Virus record (IMG/VR): IMGVR_UViG_3300032334_002567
Location: 310,001-374,000 of that record
Length of the DNA stretch: 64,000 nt
Direction: 5' to 3' (one strand)
Shown here: positions 47,001 to 55,876 of the stretch, piece by piece
How positions within the stretch are numbered: the first letter of the stretch is position 1
Layout: each line of letters begins with the position of its first letter
Position numbers and translations under genes: made by a program
Notes under the pieces: generated by a model
What the model saw: only the letters and a program-made list of their open reading frames with translations
The model's database searches: none
Told to the model about the DNA's origin: nothing

Positions 47001-50000
47001 TTATATTCGGAGACGCAGAAGACATACAAGATTCTATAGGTGATGCCAAATTAACAGCTCTCGCAAAACTTAGTGAGAAGCTCGGAAGATCACAATTATC
47101 TGGTGTTGAATATGAGGTAAAAGTAAGTAAAGATTTTGTAGAAGCAACAGCTAAATGGTCAAAAGAGAATGAAGATGCAGCTCTAGGTTTAAAGAAATCT
47201 ATGGATGCACTTAAGGCAGGAGAAGGTGGAGCAGGAAGATCAAATTTACCAATAGTGCCAGCACCGGCTGCAAGAATTGAACCTGCACAAGCGGCTACTA
47301 AGGCAGTTGAAATGGAGAAAGATGAAAAATTCCAGAGAGACATGAAGATTTTTGGAAAAGGCAAAGCCACAGAGAAGTACTATCGTAGAAAATCGCTTGA
47401 AGAGGCTGTTACAAAGAATAACCCCACAGTTCAGCAAGACAGAAAACAAGAAACGGCACAATCAGCAGCTAATGCTGGAGTCAAAGCATATGGCGAGAAA
47501 AGCAAGCCGCTGACTGTTGAGTATAAAGTAGATATACTATTCATGCATGATAGTGCTAACATAAGAGAATCTTTAGAAGAGGCTGCTACAGAAGCTAAAG
47601 CCATGATAGCAGAAAGACTAGGAGTAAAAGAAGTACTAGGATCACAAGTTAAAATAGAATACTCTATAGACAAGAAAACAGAACAAGCAATAGCAACGGC
47701 CACATATACACCCGACAATAAGTTCTCTGAATTTCTTACAGAACAAAACAGAAGAGTAGCTGGTGTTCCTGCTTCGACAAATATAATACCTACCAATTCT
47801 GGGAGGACTAAAAATTCTGGTATTGGGGACGCCGTTATAGAAAAGGGTATGCTAGAAGCTTCTGCGAGAGAAGCAATTATAGGAAAGACAGAAATAGCCA
47901 TAGAAGTTGCAGAAAGAAAGGCAGAAGACAAAGCTAGAAAAGCCTTAGGTGCAATGATGGCCAAATCAGGAATTAAAGATTTTATTGGCATTGAAGTAGA
48001 TTCAGAAATAGAAGGTAATATTGTCAAGGCTACAGCACGTTGGTCTGAAGAAGCTCAAAAAGAGGCAAAGGGACTAAGAGAAAGCTTTGAAACTTTAGGT
48101 GCAAGCAAGGGAGGGTTAGGAAGAGCAGGTATGCTGCAGGCACAGGAACCAGCTCAAGCAGCAACACAAGCATCAACACAAGCAGCAACACAAGCAACAA
48201 AGACATCGACGGCTGCATTCGATCAATTCGATATTATAGAACAGCGACAAATAGAAGCAGAAAATCGTCTTCTAGACGCTGCTGCAAAGCAAGGGGTGAG
48301 TGGACCTTTACTTAGTGGTATAACTTCGGGTAAAAGTATAGCTGTAAGCACTGGTATTACCGGAGTTCAGGATGCAACAAAGGCAATAAAAGCTCAACAA
48401 GCTCAACAAGCTACAAAAAAAGAACCAGCTCAAGCAGCAACTATAGCTACAAAAAATAGTCCCGTTGTTCAACAGGCACAAAAAATGGAGCCAGCACAAG
48501 CCGCAGTAGACGCTGGCGTTAGATCAGCTAGCGAGAAAAGCAAGCCACTGACTGTTGAGTATAAAGTAGATATACTATTCATGCATGATAGTGCTAATAT
48601 AAGAGAGTCTTTAGAAGAAGCCGCCACAGAGGCTAAAGCTATGATCGCAGAAAGACTAGGAGTAAAAGAAGTACTAGGATCACAAGTTAAAATAGAATAC
48701 TCTATAGACAAGGAAACAGAACAGGCAATAGCAAAAGCCACGTATACACCCGACAATAAGTTCTCTGAATTTCTTACAGAACGAAACAGAAGAGCAGCTG
48801 GTGTTCCTACTTCGCCAAATACAGTGCCAGCCAAGTCTGGGGCGGCTAAGACATACACTTTTGGAGACGCAGGTATCGAGAAAGGTATGCTAGAGGCTTC
48901 TGCTAGAGAAGCAATTATAGGAAAAACAGAAATAGCCATAGAAGTTGCAGAAAGAAAGGCAGAGATAAAAGCCAGAGAAGCCTTGGGTGTAATGATGGCT
49001 AAATCAGGAATTAAAGATTTCATTGGAATAGAAGTAGATTCAGAAATAGAAGGTAACATTGTCAAGGCTACAGCACGTTGGTCTGAAGAAGCTCAAAAAG
49101 AGGCAAAGGGACTAAGAGAAAGCTTTGAAACTTTAGGGGCTAGCAAGGGAGGTCTAGGTAGAGGTGGTATGCAGATACAAATGCAAGAACCAGCACAAAC
49201 AGCAACAGCTGCTACGCAGTCAAATCCTGTTGTTCAGCAAGCTACAAAACCAGAACCAGCACAAGCAGCAACTAAGGCAGTTGAAATGGAAAAGGATGAA
49301 AAATTCCAGAGAGACATGAGAGTTTTTGGAAGAGGAAAAGCAACAGATAAATACTATCGTAGAAAATCGCTTGAAGAGGCTGTTGCAAAGAGCAATCCTA
49401 CAGTCCAGCAAGCTACAAGAACAGAACCAGCACAAGCAGCAACCGCTTCTACAAATTCAAATCCTGTTGTTCAGCAAGCTACAAGAACAGAACCAGCACA
49501 AGCAGCAACTCAAATAGCACAGCCTATGGCTCAACCGCAAAGTTTACCAGCACAAGAAAGATTTTTAATTACCAAAGATGTAAAAACTAATAAAGATTCT
49601 ATTGAAGTGGTTCTAAGAAAAGAACTAAAACTTTTAGATGATGAAGAATTAGAAGAAGAAATATTAACAACTAAAGTATTTGAAATATTAAAGAAAAAAG
49701 GTATAAGTCCATCAGGAGTAAACCTTGATACCAGTTTAAAACAAGGAATTTTAGAAGTTAAAGCCACAACAAGCCCAGAAGATCTTAGTTTTTCTGAAGG
49801 CCTTAGCAAGGAATTTTCAAGGATTAATGCTGGCGGTGGTGGCGTGGGAAGATCAGCAATCCAACCAACAATAGCACAAGAACAAATGCAAGCTGCAAAT
49901 CAGGTTGTTGCAGAGGCTACAGCAAGAATGACAAATAAGTCAGAGTCCTCATTTAATGCTGCTGAAAAGATGGCTATTTTAGATCTTAAGGGAACTTTAT

Positions 50001-51238
50001 TAGAAAGAAACATACCACAATCTAGTGTTGATATAGAAACTGCAATAGAAGGTAAATTTGTAAAAGCAGTGGCAAAGTTAAAACAAAATGAAATAGAACC
50101 GGCACAAGCAGCCACACAAGTAGCACAAGTTCAATCTGGCAATAAACGGGGAAGTTTCTTAGAGGCCTCAGGACAGGCTCTGACTATAGGTAGGACAGAA
50201 GAAGACTGGGATTTAGCCGAAGATAAGGCTACTGATGCTGCGATGGGTGCACTTAAACAAATGATGATCAAGTCTGGATTTGGGGAAAGAGAAATTAGTG
50301 GCATAGAGGTTGAATCACAAGTAGATGAAAAAACAGGAATAGTAAAAGCAGTAGCAAGGTGGTCTGATGAAGTTCAAAAAAGTGCACAAGCCCAAGGAGC
50401 ATCTTACGAGGCACTAGGAGCAGGTAAGGGAGGGCTAGGCAGAGGTGGCATCCAAGTACAGGAACCAGCACAGGCAGCAACTACTGCTACCCTTGCCGAT
50501 ATATCTGGTTATTTTTCTTCTACAGGCACAAAACCAGAACCAGCACAGGCTGTAACTCAAATTGCTACAGAAGCTAGAATAAAAGGCAGGACAGAGGCCG
50601 CAATCGGTGCTGCTGAGAAGGTGGCTATTTTAGATCTCAAGGGTATTCTCTTAGAAAGAAACATGCCACAATCTAGTGTTGATATAGACACTAAAGTAGA
50701 AGCAACGCTTGTAAGAGCAATAGCAAAATTCAAACAAAATGATGTAGAACCAGCACAGGCAGCAACTCAAAAAGCAGCTAATGCAGCAGTCCCAAGTGCA
50801 AATGGTAACATAGAAAGTGTAGTGCCTAACACAGATGTAGACACTTCTAAAGCTCTGCCATCGACAGCAACACCAGTGCCTGTCAGCACAATATCTCCAA
50901 GTGCATCTATTGCTAGTATAGAGCAAAAAATGCTACAAGACAAAGCGGCAGCTTCACCAGCAAAAGCAGAAATAACATCTCCAGAACTAGGAAATATAGT
51001 TTCAGAAAATGAAGAACAAACAATTATATTGTCAGAAATGAGAGATTTGTTTGAGAAGTTCTTGGCTGCGATTAAGCCAAGATCAGATATAAATTCTTCT
51101 GGCGGCGGTGAGCCAGGAAATACATCTTCTATTCCAATAGCTGGTAAGCCTGCTAACTATTATAGAAGAGTCACAGGTAATGTATCACAGACTCCAGGCA
51201 AGGGAGTTGTCAATTTAGGAGCAAAGGCACTAAGTTAA
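38024..51238 (+). CDS. Giant tape measure protein (4404 aa) with C-terminal repeat domains
   Basis: Long Ala/Leu/Ser-rich helical repeats with hydrophobic stretches; lies immediately before the baseplate genes. Confidence 0.85.
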   Translation: MPELYDNLGRKIDAAKMSIGELKGLVGTLMKSKVGPAKPIGGQEEEAKTQDSNLELIKLFEDYVKGFNEEVDEQKSLLQNIVDALKNINSKKEEKANQPKDNKEEKDEIKETFPEKLRKALTGKNKPSKEEHTTAKATNSLANLFGKKGSGYTHDIHCEAWLRQIYQVLAKDREGVATPEAAARQVEEDVTRVTAREPAETAAREASEAATTGGGETIRARDWLDAEEYYQELNGLENDYYQHTVDSIFGLWNKEKDLYERITGLEKEKNAIHRAYLKEGISKEEKERLALAYRQMGIEISNQKIIKRNLKEQENAWKEIGKQIETAEKYLLGFKGGGAFEVLTKGIIKEEREFTQNIRQAAYETAGVTSESKALQKTYEEIGKTSKLTGMNRSETQKAYTKALRSGVKDQKKALSLSVSQLNTEKQIGATADSLGEFFIEMGTQLQFNNDQMSEVGRGIREAGRNTGLVGDKLAGVVRGSAEFVKMMKNAGTASASAVSNIVGLQAEFTKTGVEGGKLLKGLSSTSGFLGSDAQTLALIANAANRVGLTQEMINGTILKSSASIKKFNRGLTQTVNDMGLGGRNAEEMRANFDKLSDEGRRDINLRLNAAFGMEAGELMLAIEGIENQSKSLSDRLGELNKKKSQNLTLEEKATLLEEERSLKLGAATKALTAISEAAKGTKDMNEALAKFSSRRSEFEGDMKALGQSWTTETDVARGAIKSALENVNAGLKKAGKKELKIDSSEIEKAIKDPAAFRELTSQITKGEQELATAQKAQLDPLSAIEQKLTEINDSVRNLSQSLISGIFNSFLGKMLVGITALGALIVGAIGGLNSIIMPIWNLMTLLGRSLSGMGQRTSQDRMGSLGKVWDRLTGRDTTPTPERLTEAEVTATGKDKTITKTGCCEDLVSINKAMLDVLNAIKDCVCGKQPEASTQASQTKQELREAELTPKSVVSPDQVAAGKAGEVAKKEVGTDLASKSVVSQPPQTTPEKIEEAVKKESRKPKLSPEEIATRKAAGQAAKERSQTAGISPSVAKSIKRQEVKNIKMDASLNKMQRRNIIQELQNGKKTKTMILREQEAAKGPKPLEVPQPPDTGNFDLNKLIASGQDMAKSAAAVALLGLGVVALGAAIVFLSKKILSGFNLDTSTILQTAGAIAALAVAGGAIAAAGIVAYEALNKKENKEFVDTAPKSKTEMLKQIAAMMLLGPALVLLGAAIVKMSQMVIDAFGLDLNTVAMVAGTVAAIVAAAGALTLGASEALEGFEKLEGNKLIKNPGKLVSAMAKGALALLIVGPGLVALSAAIIKMCQGILSYAEIDLNTIKTVTGQVAALLAGTGAIALGITAAAGGLILLGKFADFAKSYAKDMIIGAAALILIGPAVVALAAGLNYIINQILSATGVDAAKAAKTAWNVAGLIAATAVIALAVMGAMAGLTALGALATAMTGPQIGFMLYGAAALLLLAPLVTGLAAAVLYLTKSFMGGFDAKQATKVAYDLSAVLMSASVIAIAVMAAMAGLGGLGVLAAGLPAYIPAMLGGAAALMLLTPVMTALATSVIGMTESIMDGIDAKHAAKVAYDLGSIIMSAGSIALGIMGAMAALTGLGLLAGAYIGFIGPMIGGALALSVMTPAVVTLAGSIISMSESLMKNMVSPDAAKKTVESLNSILDSAGNIAVSIIANAASLALLGTMFGVSLVAIPFMKLGTMALSNLTPSIANFVNTIVNMAKQFSTLVSPKEAVSLSKDVAAIMGAVGDISEQIFKIKDKMLSVPVYGSVWNAIRGVKVADYMNSGVKALKELAAPVQDYVAAIKDFALNVGRTVNPRNAAEMARGVAAILCAVSNVTSNMMTAKDGILSIPKNGGIFATLTRTRISDYLNAGVGSLQEMAAPIKRYVAAVKKFASEIGFDPRQAAEMASGVAAILCAVGKVTSNIMTAKDGIMSIPDNGGIFAWMLGAQLSQRMNKGVEALKVLGKPIQRFVKAIKDFSSKLGNKLPPSQAAGMAKGIADILSGASEVTKQIMETKDKIIGIKSARGWGFFRKDYVVLMETGRKALVELSKPIINYIESIRDFASQVGARLDPRLAASMARGVADVLTASGDVTEGIMKTKDKLVTIKSSEGFWLWSTSIADSMKAGVVALNTLKQPLMSYLDTIVTFSNELKDKINPTDAKKAVKSITSVSEVIDMISKVMNDLGSKIAPMTQGGWFTSSPVEQIKEAKTKMDAFFPVLSSFITSIVSHVDSSLGESKSLKGTVKSMGQISELLNNIKPVVDTMMSSIVPMTQGGFFKGSAVDSIKGAIPQLNQFFESISSFILNGLVNPIKKSAESIDDLKETGKRIVVIADVLKGTKTSIDSLSSMMTLMQDGIFTNSPIKTISNNITGFSDYFNAISNFVSSGLIEPITKMGEVSGLSKAKGILITVGNFLCATKLTIESLAGVIGLLDSKSVFSSSPIDNIINNKDKFRKHFLAIADLVKNGIAEPVALMGGDGTSLGKAAKVITAMASIACRIVPLIKNLATAVSMATDKTEFFSVAPMQKIIDAKGQFAVWFQQIAAFVRDGIVLPVNNEMEGVNIGSAAKNISSMTSIAGSVMPLIKNLANVMGMMSEDAAKSLDTEFPIDKIISYKDSFAIFFRQTAGFIRDGVIAPIVEEIKDTQEITKASRILNQLSSNIVTIPKVIKGVSEGLIPLVEVRSGLAPMEVIADSAKDFEKWFTKVAVFIRDGVVTPIVREFEGTQDIILATRILNNISSMISALPKVITSLSSVFVGLNAKSCLSESPIGMLATNAETFKAWFRSVTSLIQEGIIKPSLEIMPDNSLLKEVKVKLALNEIAIRAVTPWLNSLSSSIQGLSGGIFWRIFTGIKVSKFSKNFMYMASLINDGLIKPIKKNLASSAELEEVTSQLDGLVDVVDRVTFILGILGTAFNNISPVKIDVGKMFSVTGSIRAFKEAINEEAKDKLALSRQMQGELQEVFMAPEKMMRQVSEKAVGGTFEAKAVEPIIFGDAEDIQDSIGDAKLTALAKLSEKLGRSQLSGVEYEVKVSKDFVEATAKWSKENEDAALGLKKSMDALKAGEGGAGRSNLPIVPAPAARIEPAQAATKAVEMEKDEKFQRDMKIFGKGKATEKYYRRKSLEEAVTKNNPTVQQDRKQETAQSAANAGVKAYGEKSKPLTVEYKVDILFMHDSANIRESLEEAATEAKAMIAERLGVKEVLGSQVKIEYSIDKKTEQAIATATYTPDNKFSEFLTEQNRRVAGVPASTNIIPTNSGRTKNSGIGDAVIEKGMLEASAREAIIGKTEIAIEVAERKAEDKARKALGAMMAKSGIKDFIGIEVDSEIEGNIVKATARWSEEAQKEAKGLRESFETLGASKGGLGRAGMLQAQEPAQAATQASTQAATQATKTSTAAFDQFDIIEQRQIEAENRLLDAAAKQGVSGPLLSGITSGKSIAVSTGITGVQDATKAIKAQQAQQATKKEPAQAATIATKNSPVVQQAQKMEPAQAAVDAGVRSASEKSKPLTVEYKVDILFMHDSANIRESLEEAATEAKAMIAERLGVKEVLGSQVKIEYSIDKETEQAIAKATYTPDNKFSEFLTERNRRAAGVPTSPNTVPAKSGAAKTYTFGDAGIEKGMLEASAREAIIGKTEIAIEVAERKAEIKAREALGVMMAKSGIKDFIGIEVDSEIEGNIVKATARWSEEAQKEAKGLRESFETLGASKGGLGRGGMQIQMQEPAQTATAATQSNPVVQQATKPEPAQAATKAVEMEKDEKFQRDMRVFGRGKATDKYYRRKSLEEAVAKSNPTVQQATRTEPAQAATASTNSNPVVQQATRTEPAQAATQIAQPMAQPQSLPAQERFLITKDVKTNKDSIEVVLRKELKLLDDEELEEEILTTKVFEILKKKGISPSGVNLDTSLKQGILEVKATTSPEDLSFSEGLSKEFSRINAGGGGVGRSAIQPTIAQEQMQAANQVVAEATARMTNKSESSFNAAEKMAILDLKGTLLERNIPQSSVDIETAIEGKFVKAVAKLKQNEIEPAQAATQVAQVQSGNKRGSFLEASGQALTIGRTEEDWDLAEDKATDAAMGALKQMMIKSGFGEREISGIEVESQVDEKTGIVKAVARWSDEVQKSAQAQGASYEALGAGKGGLGRGGIQVQEPAQAATTATLADISGYFSSTGTKPEPAQAVTQIATEARIKGRTEAAIGAAEKVAILDLKGILLERNMPQSSVDIDTKVEATLVRAIAKFKQNDVEPAQAATQKAANAAVPSANGNIESVVPNTDVDTSKALPSTATPVPVSTISPSASIASIEQKMLQDKAAASPAKAEITSPELGNIVSENEEQTIILSEMRDLFEKFLAAIKPRSDINSSGGGEPGNTSSIPIAGKPANYYRRVTGNVSQTPGKGVVNLGAKALS

Positions 51239-51255
51239 AATAGATAGGAGAAATA

Positions 51256-51867
51256 ATGGCAAAAGCTACAATTAACGGAGGTCAATACTCTGGAACATTA
51301 AATAGGATACCGGACTGCTACATTGCAGTGGGAGGAAGCCCCGGTATTCTACCTGACGGTACTAGGGTAGAAGGTGGGCTAAAATACATAGATATGTATA
51401 TTTTACCGGATGTATCTGATTCTAAGTCCGCAAATTATGCCCCAGAAAATGGAATAGGAAGATCTAATCCTTTTACAATATTTTCTTATTCAGAACTTAG
51501 AACAATATCTTGGACTTGTCACTTCATAGTTCAGACTTTAAAAGGACCAAATTCAGCAGACAATATTCTAGACAATATAAGAACTCTACAATCTGCGGTT
51601 TATCCTAGAGACAGCTTTGGATCTCCTCCTCCTTTGTGCAAGCTTAAATGTGGCGACTTATTAGCGTCAAATGACACTGAAATTTGTGCTGTGCTCAGGT
51701 CTTACTCGGTAAAGTACGACACATCAGTTCCTTGGTTTAGTTCTGATTCGGGCACCCTACCTAACAGACTAGTTCCTTATAAAATAGATGTAGACTTACA
51801 ATTTGATGTGGTCTACAACCAAACTTCACTACCAACTTCTAGTATAATTTTGACAACAGGTTATTAA
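51256..51867 (+). CDS. Tail tube initiator / CIS tube-like protein
   Basis: GRSNP...S.S..RTISW..HF...YP.....PP motif; position after the TMP. Confidence 0.65.
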   Translation: MAKATINGGQYSGTLNRIPDCYIAVGGSPGILPDGTRVEGGLKYIDMYILPDVSDSKSANYAPENGIGRSNPFTIFSYSELRTISWTCHFIVQTLKGPNSADNILDNIRTLQSAVYPRDSFGSPPPLCKLKCGDLLASNDTEICAVLRSYSVKYDTSVPWFSSDSGTLPNRLVPYKIDVDLQFDVVYNQTSLPTSSIILTTGY

Positions 51868-51868
51868 A

Positions 51869-52204
51869 ATGGCAAATTACATAGAAAAAACAAATATAGA
51901 TCCAAAAAGATTTGTTACACCAAGTAGTAGGTATGCTGGTTCTGCCATAGTGTACTACACAGAAAACAAATTATTAACGTTTGAAACTTATAAAAAAAGT
52001 AAAAAAACTATTGATAATACTAGTAAAAACAACAAATATTATGTTATCACTCCTGGCACTGAGTATAGACCTGACTTGGTTGCAGCTGAGGCTTATGGCA
52101 GCACTGATTTTTGGTGGAAAATCATGGAAGCCAATAACATAAAAGATGTTTTTAATTTCAAAGCTGGTTTAAACATCATTATACCAAATGTTATATTAAG
52201 GTAA
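51869..52204 (+). CDS. gp53/LysM-like baseplate wedge protein
   Basis: YRPDLVA..AYG...WW.I..AN.I....F..G..I.IP. Confidence 0.8.
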   Translation: MANYIEKTNIDPKRFVTPSSRYAGSAIVYYTENKLLTFETYKKSKKTIDNTSKNNKYYVITPGTEYRPDLVAAEAYGSTDFWWKIMEANNIKDVFNFKAGLNIIIPNVILR

Positions 52205-52206
52205 TT

Positions 52207-53718
52207 ATGGCCATAGAATTAGAATGTTTATCAACTTATGGTTGTGCAAATGAAGAAGGAGAAGTATCAGTAAAGGGAGCTCCCTATGAAGCAGTTTATA
52301 CCCCGTATTGTGCTTTATGGGTTGCTGGAAAAGAGATTGTACTTCAAACTGGGAATGAATCTGCTCCTGGTACAAACCATCATACATTAATAAAGTCTTT
52401 TGAGTATGGATGTCAATCTGGCACTGGCGGGTGCGGGGTTAAGTTTGAAATAATTGATGAAGGCGGTGTTTTATATCAGCAATTAGTTCAAGGTTTAAAT
52501 AAGGATATAAGTTTCACGCTAAGTGCTGTGACGGGAGTTAATAGTTGTGAAGTTGAATTTGGATGGATAGTTGTTGGTTGTAATGGTGAGTGGAGAAAAA
52601 TTACAAACAAGGAGCTCGGAAGTCCTCTGTTTTTTTTACCTAAAAATGTAGAAACTACATTTGAGGGCGGATTAATTAAGTTTACATTTGAAGCAACAGA
52701 TATATTTACTAGATCTTCAGACACTAGATTAGACAAAAATATAGGAACAGAAGATGATAAAGTTCATCTTAAAGAAGCCCTTCAAAGGCTATTTAGAAAC
52801 AAAGACCCACAGTTTGAACAAGTAATATTTGAAAATCAATATGGCGACTCAGGAGATGGTGATTTTGAATTTGAAGAAGATCCCGATGGACCGAGAGGGG
52901 TATGGACTACAGACCAAGAGAGTCAAATAGAATGTGCAAGAAAGTGGCTTAACAAGGTTAGAACTGTAGAAAAAAATGGATGTTTAGCAATGTATGATCC
53001 TAAAAGAAAAGCAGCTGTAATAAAGGAAAGGCCAGAAGACAAAGGAGACTGCTGTGACAACAACAATCTAGGAACTTATATAGTTAACGGAGGAAATAGT
53101 TCTCCTGTAATTAGTTTTAACCCGAACTTTAAATGGAATTTAGGATCCAATGCTTCAAGTGGTGGTACTTCTGGTGCCGGTTCTTCAGCAAGGCAGGATG
53201 TAAAAGCTGTAGAAGAAGAAGGAATTCAGAATACTGGTACTGAGACTTCTCCTACTAATGAACAATGTAAGTATCAATGGCAAGATCCAGGAGAACACAC
53301 TGAGAGAACAGAAAAAACTTTTCAGGCAAATATGGAAGCCGCAAAACCTTTTGAGGTTTTACCTGCTATTGAAGCAGAATTAAGAATAATAGGTGATCCC
53401 ACTCTTAACAACCCTGTTTTTCTAACAGGAAAATGGATTTCTATTGTAGTTATAGATCCTTATTATATTGCTGGGGGTGAGTCGGACAACACCTCTTGTG
53501 AATGGATAAGCAAACCAAATTGCAACCCTATTTTAAGCAACAAAAAATGGATGATTTTAGGAGCAAACCATCAAATTCAATCTGGTTCTTATGTAACTAC
53601 ATTAAAAGTATCTTTAAACACTCCAAATATTAATATATCTGCGAGTGAAACTTTAGGCGGAGATGGATGTGGCACAGAGCAGGCTCAAGAAGCAACTGGC
53701 GGGGAACCTTTGGAGTAA
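52207..53718 (+). CDS. Baseplate hub (gp27/late control D-like)
   Basis: Synteny; AELRIIGDP and V..V.H.I..GSY.T.L-type C-terminal strands. Confidence 0.65.
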   Translation: MAIELECLSTYGCANEEGEVSVKGAPYEAVYTPYCALWVAGKEIVLQTGNESAPGTNHHTLIKSFEYGCQSGTGGCGVKFEIIDEGGVLYQQLVQGLNKDISFTLSAVTGVNSCEVEFGWIVVGCNGEWRKITNKELGSPLFFLPKNVETTFEGGLIKFTFEATDIFTRSSDTRLDKNIGTEDDKVHLKEALQRLFRNKDPQFEQVIFENQYGDSGDGDFEFEEDPDGPRGVWTTDQESQIECARKWLNKVRTVEKNGCLAMYDPKRKAAVIKERPEDKGDCCDNNNLGTYIVNGGNSSPVISFNPNFKWNLGSNASSGGTSGAGSSARQDVKAVEEEGIQNTGTETSPTNEQCKYQWQDPGEHTERTEKTFQANMEAAKPFEVLPAIEAELRIIGDPTLNNPVFLTGKWISIVVIDPYYIAGGESDNTSCEWISKPNCNPILSNKKWMILGANHQIQSGSYVTTLKVSLNTPNINISASETLGGDGCGTEQAQEATGGEPLE

Positions 53719-53730
53719 TAAAGAGGATTT

Positions 53731-55863
53731 ATGGGATTTGTACATGAAAATGAATTAGAAATACTAAAAAGAAGAATTGCAACTATAGAAAATAGGTTCG
53801 GAAATATAAGCTACGAACTAAAAGGCGTAGTGAAGTCAGAACTCACAGCAGGAATGACAGTAATACAAGCCTCGCAAATGCAATATGGGCTTTATACCGC
53901 TATGTGCATAGACACAATAGATATATGGAAACAAAATAGAATAAGATGGTTTTCACCTTTGTTTCATAATCCCAAACAAGATTACAAAGAATTTCCTTGG
54001 GCTTTACCTGTCTCTTCTATGGGTGGATTTGATGATTGTGGATTAACTTGGGTGCCACCGGCAGGATCAACGGTTTGTGTACTATTTGAAAATGGAAATA
54101 GGGAATGCCCATTTTATATAGGCACAACGTGGCACAGAGACAGAGGACCAGATGGTAATCACAAATTCGGAGTAGGAATACCAGAGTATCAAAGAGTTTC
54201 AGAAGGACATAGAAGAGGGTACATGGTTGGTCCAAACGATGGTTCACAGGTTTTTCCACCATGGAATACAGAAAATTATAACGGATACGATCTATCCTCT
54301 GTTGTTGATTTTGCAAGTAATCCAGAAGCTCAGAAGATCATAACTTATCCCAACATTTATGGCTTTAAAACTCCAGAAAAACATATGATCAAAATGGTTG
54401 ATGGAGATCCAAAATGCAATAGAAAGTGGAAAAGATTTGAAATCATGTCTAGTTGTGGAAACTGGATAATGTTGAAGGACGATCATCTTCACTATGCAGG
54501 CCAGTGGGCCAATCCTCAATGTGGTGGAGTTCGTCAAGGAGAAACAAGCTGTGTGGAAGGGGCATCTAATAGTGGTGCAGCAAACACAACAAACACAGAA
54601 GGTGCCAATCCGGCAAATACAAAAGACATAACTCCAAAATTTGGAAAGAAAAAAGAAGAGACAAGTTGTGATGGAAATCAAAGCAACTCAAAAATAATAG
54701 GGGGACATCCAAATACAGGACACCCACAAACAAAATATATAGAAACACAAGTAGGACACAACCCATTCTTTAAACATAGTCAAGAATGCAGGCCATACAG
54801 AGGACCGGGAACTCCTCAAAATCCAGCTGTAGATTTACCTCAGTCTGGAATACAGATTATGTCCATATCTGGTCACACTTTTGTTATGGACGATTCTGTT
54901 GAAGAACCTTCTGGTAACCCAGAGTGGGAAAGGTCAATGCAAGAGTTTGATTTTGGTTGTAATAATCACTATGTAGGAAGAACATATTGGCAATCTGCAA
55001 CCGGTCACAGAATAGAGATGAGTGACGTTGAAAGCCCACAAGGAGATGAAGGAGCAAATTTAAGGGGCGAAGACAATTATATTAAAATGACCACTGCTAA
55101 CGGCAATAAAATTGAAATGAATGATCACACCATTCAACAAAAAGATTGTCCTGGTTGTCCACCTAACATTGCAGGAGAAAGAAGAGGAATTCACCTTCAA
55201 TCAACTAGCAATCACACAATTGATATGGTGGATTATACAAACGAGCAGTGCGGGCCGTGCAGAAGAGAGGGCGGAGTACCAATCAGTGAAGCTAAAAGAG
55301 CCTATGTAAGAATAAGAACCGGTTATGGTTTAGAAATGACTTACAATGATGATTTTAGTCAAAAAGAGACACAACAACAGTATATTCAAATTTTCTGTCC
55401 ACAAAAAGATAACAAAGAAAGAGGCCCACATATACATCGTTACCAAGAAGCACCAAGTGGGCCTGGACTAATATTTCTCAGAGCAGGAGGAAACTATGTT
55501 GTTTCTACATATGATAATCAAATATCTATCATAGGAGACCCAGACCTAAATCCTTCAGATAAAATTGAGATTATTAGTAGAATTAAATTAGTTTATTGTA
55601 AAGACGTTTACGTTAACGTCACTGATAAGCTGCATCTGTTCTTAGCAAAAGATAAAATACTATTATTGGCCGGTGAAGATAATGATGCTCCGCCAGGAGG
55701 TTGTTGTGGTGCAGAGCAACCAAACGTTGGGCCTGTTTTAGTTTATGACCCATGTTCTGGATGTATAAGATTGAGCGATAGAATATTCGGCAGTACGAGT
55801 TCGAATGCTCCTGCTGCTTCTATTTTTATGCTGACCCCGTTTGCAAAGTGTCCAGGCTGTTAA
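53731..55863 (+). CDS. Baseplate central spike (gp5/VgrG-like)
   Basis: OB-fold WVPP.GS.V.V.FENG....P.YIG; repeated GH..E.D beta-helix motifs. Confidence 0.8.
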   Translation: MGFVHENELEILKRRIATIENRFGNISYELKGVVKSELTAGMTVIQASQMQYGLYTAMCIDTIDIWKQNRIRWFSPLFHNPKQDYKEFPWALPVSSMGGFDDCGLTWVPPAGSTVCVLFENGNRECPFYIGTTWHRDRGPDGNHKFGVGIPEYQRVSEGHRRGYMVGPNDGSQVFPPWNTENYNGYDLSSVVDFASNPEAQKIITYPNIYGFKTPEKHMIKMVDGDPKCNRKWKRFEIMSSCGNWIMLKDDHLHYAGQWANPQCGGVRQGETSCVEGASNSGAANTTNTEGANPANTKDITPKFGKKKEETSCDGNQSNSKIIGGHPNTGHPQTKYIETQVGHNPFFKHSQECRPYRGPGTPQNPAVDLPQSGIQIMSISGHTFVMDDSVEEPSGNPEWERSMQEFDFGCNNHYVGRTYWQSATGHRIEMSDVESPQGDEGANLRGEDNYIKMTTANGNKIEMNDHTIQQKDCPGCPPNIAGERRGIHLQSTSNHTIDMVDYTNEQCGPCRREGGVPISEAKRAYVRIRTGYGLEMTYNDDFSQKETQQQYIQIFCPQKDNKERGPHIHRYQEAPSGPGLIFLRAGGNYVVSTYDNQISIIGDPDLNPSDKIEIISRIKLVYCKDVYVNVTDKLHLFLAKDKILLLAGEDNDAPPGGCCGAEQPNVGPVLVYDPCSGCIRLSDRIFGSTSSNAPAASIFMLTPFAKCPGC

Positions 55864-55876
55864 TTTTGGAGTTATA

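Noticed and set aside
38776-50926. Many 60-220-aa ORFs inside the tape measure gene, mostly antisense
   Set aside because: They are shadow frames of a long Ala/Ser-rich gene, with no RBS or family motifs.
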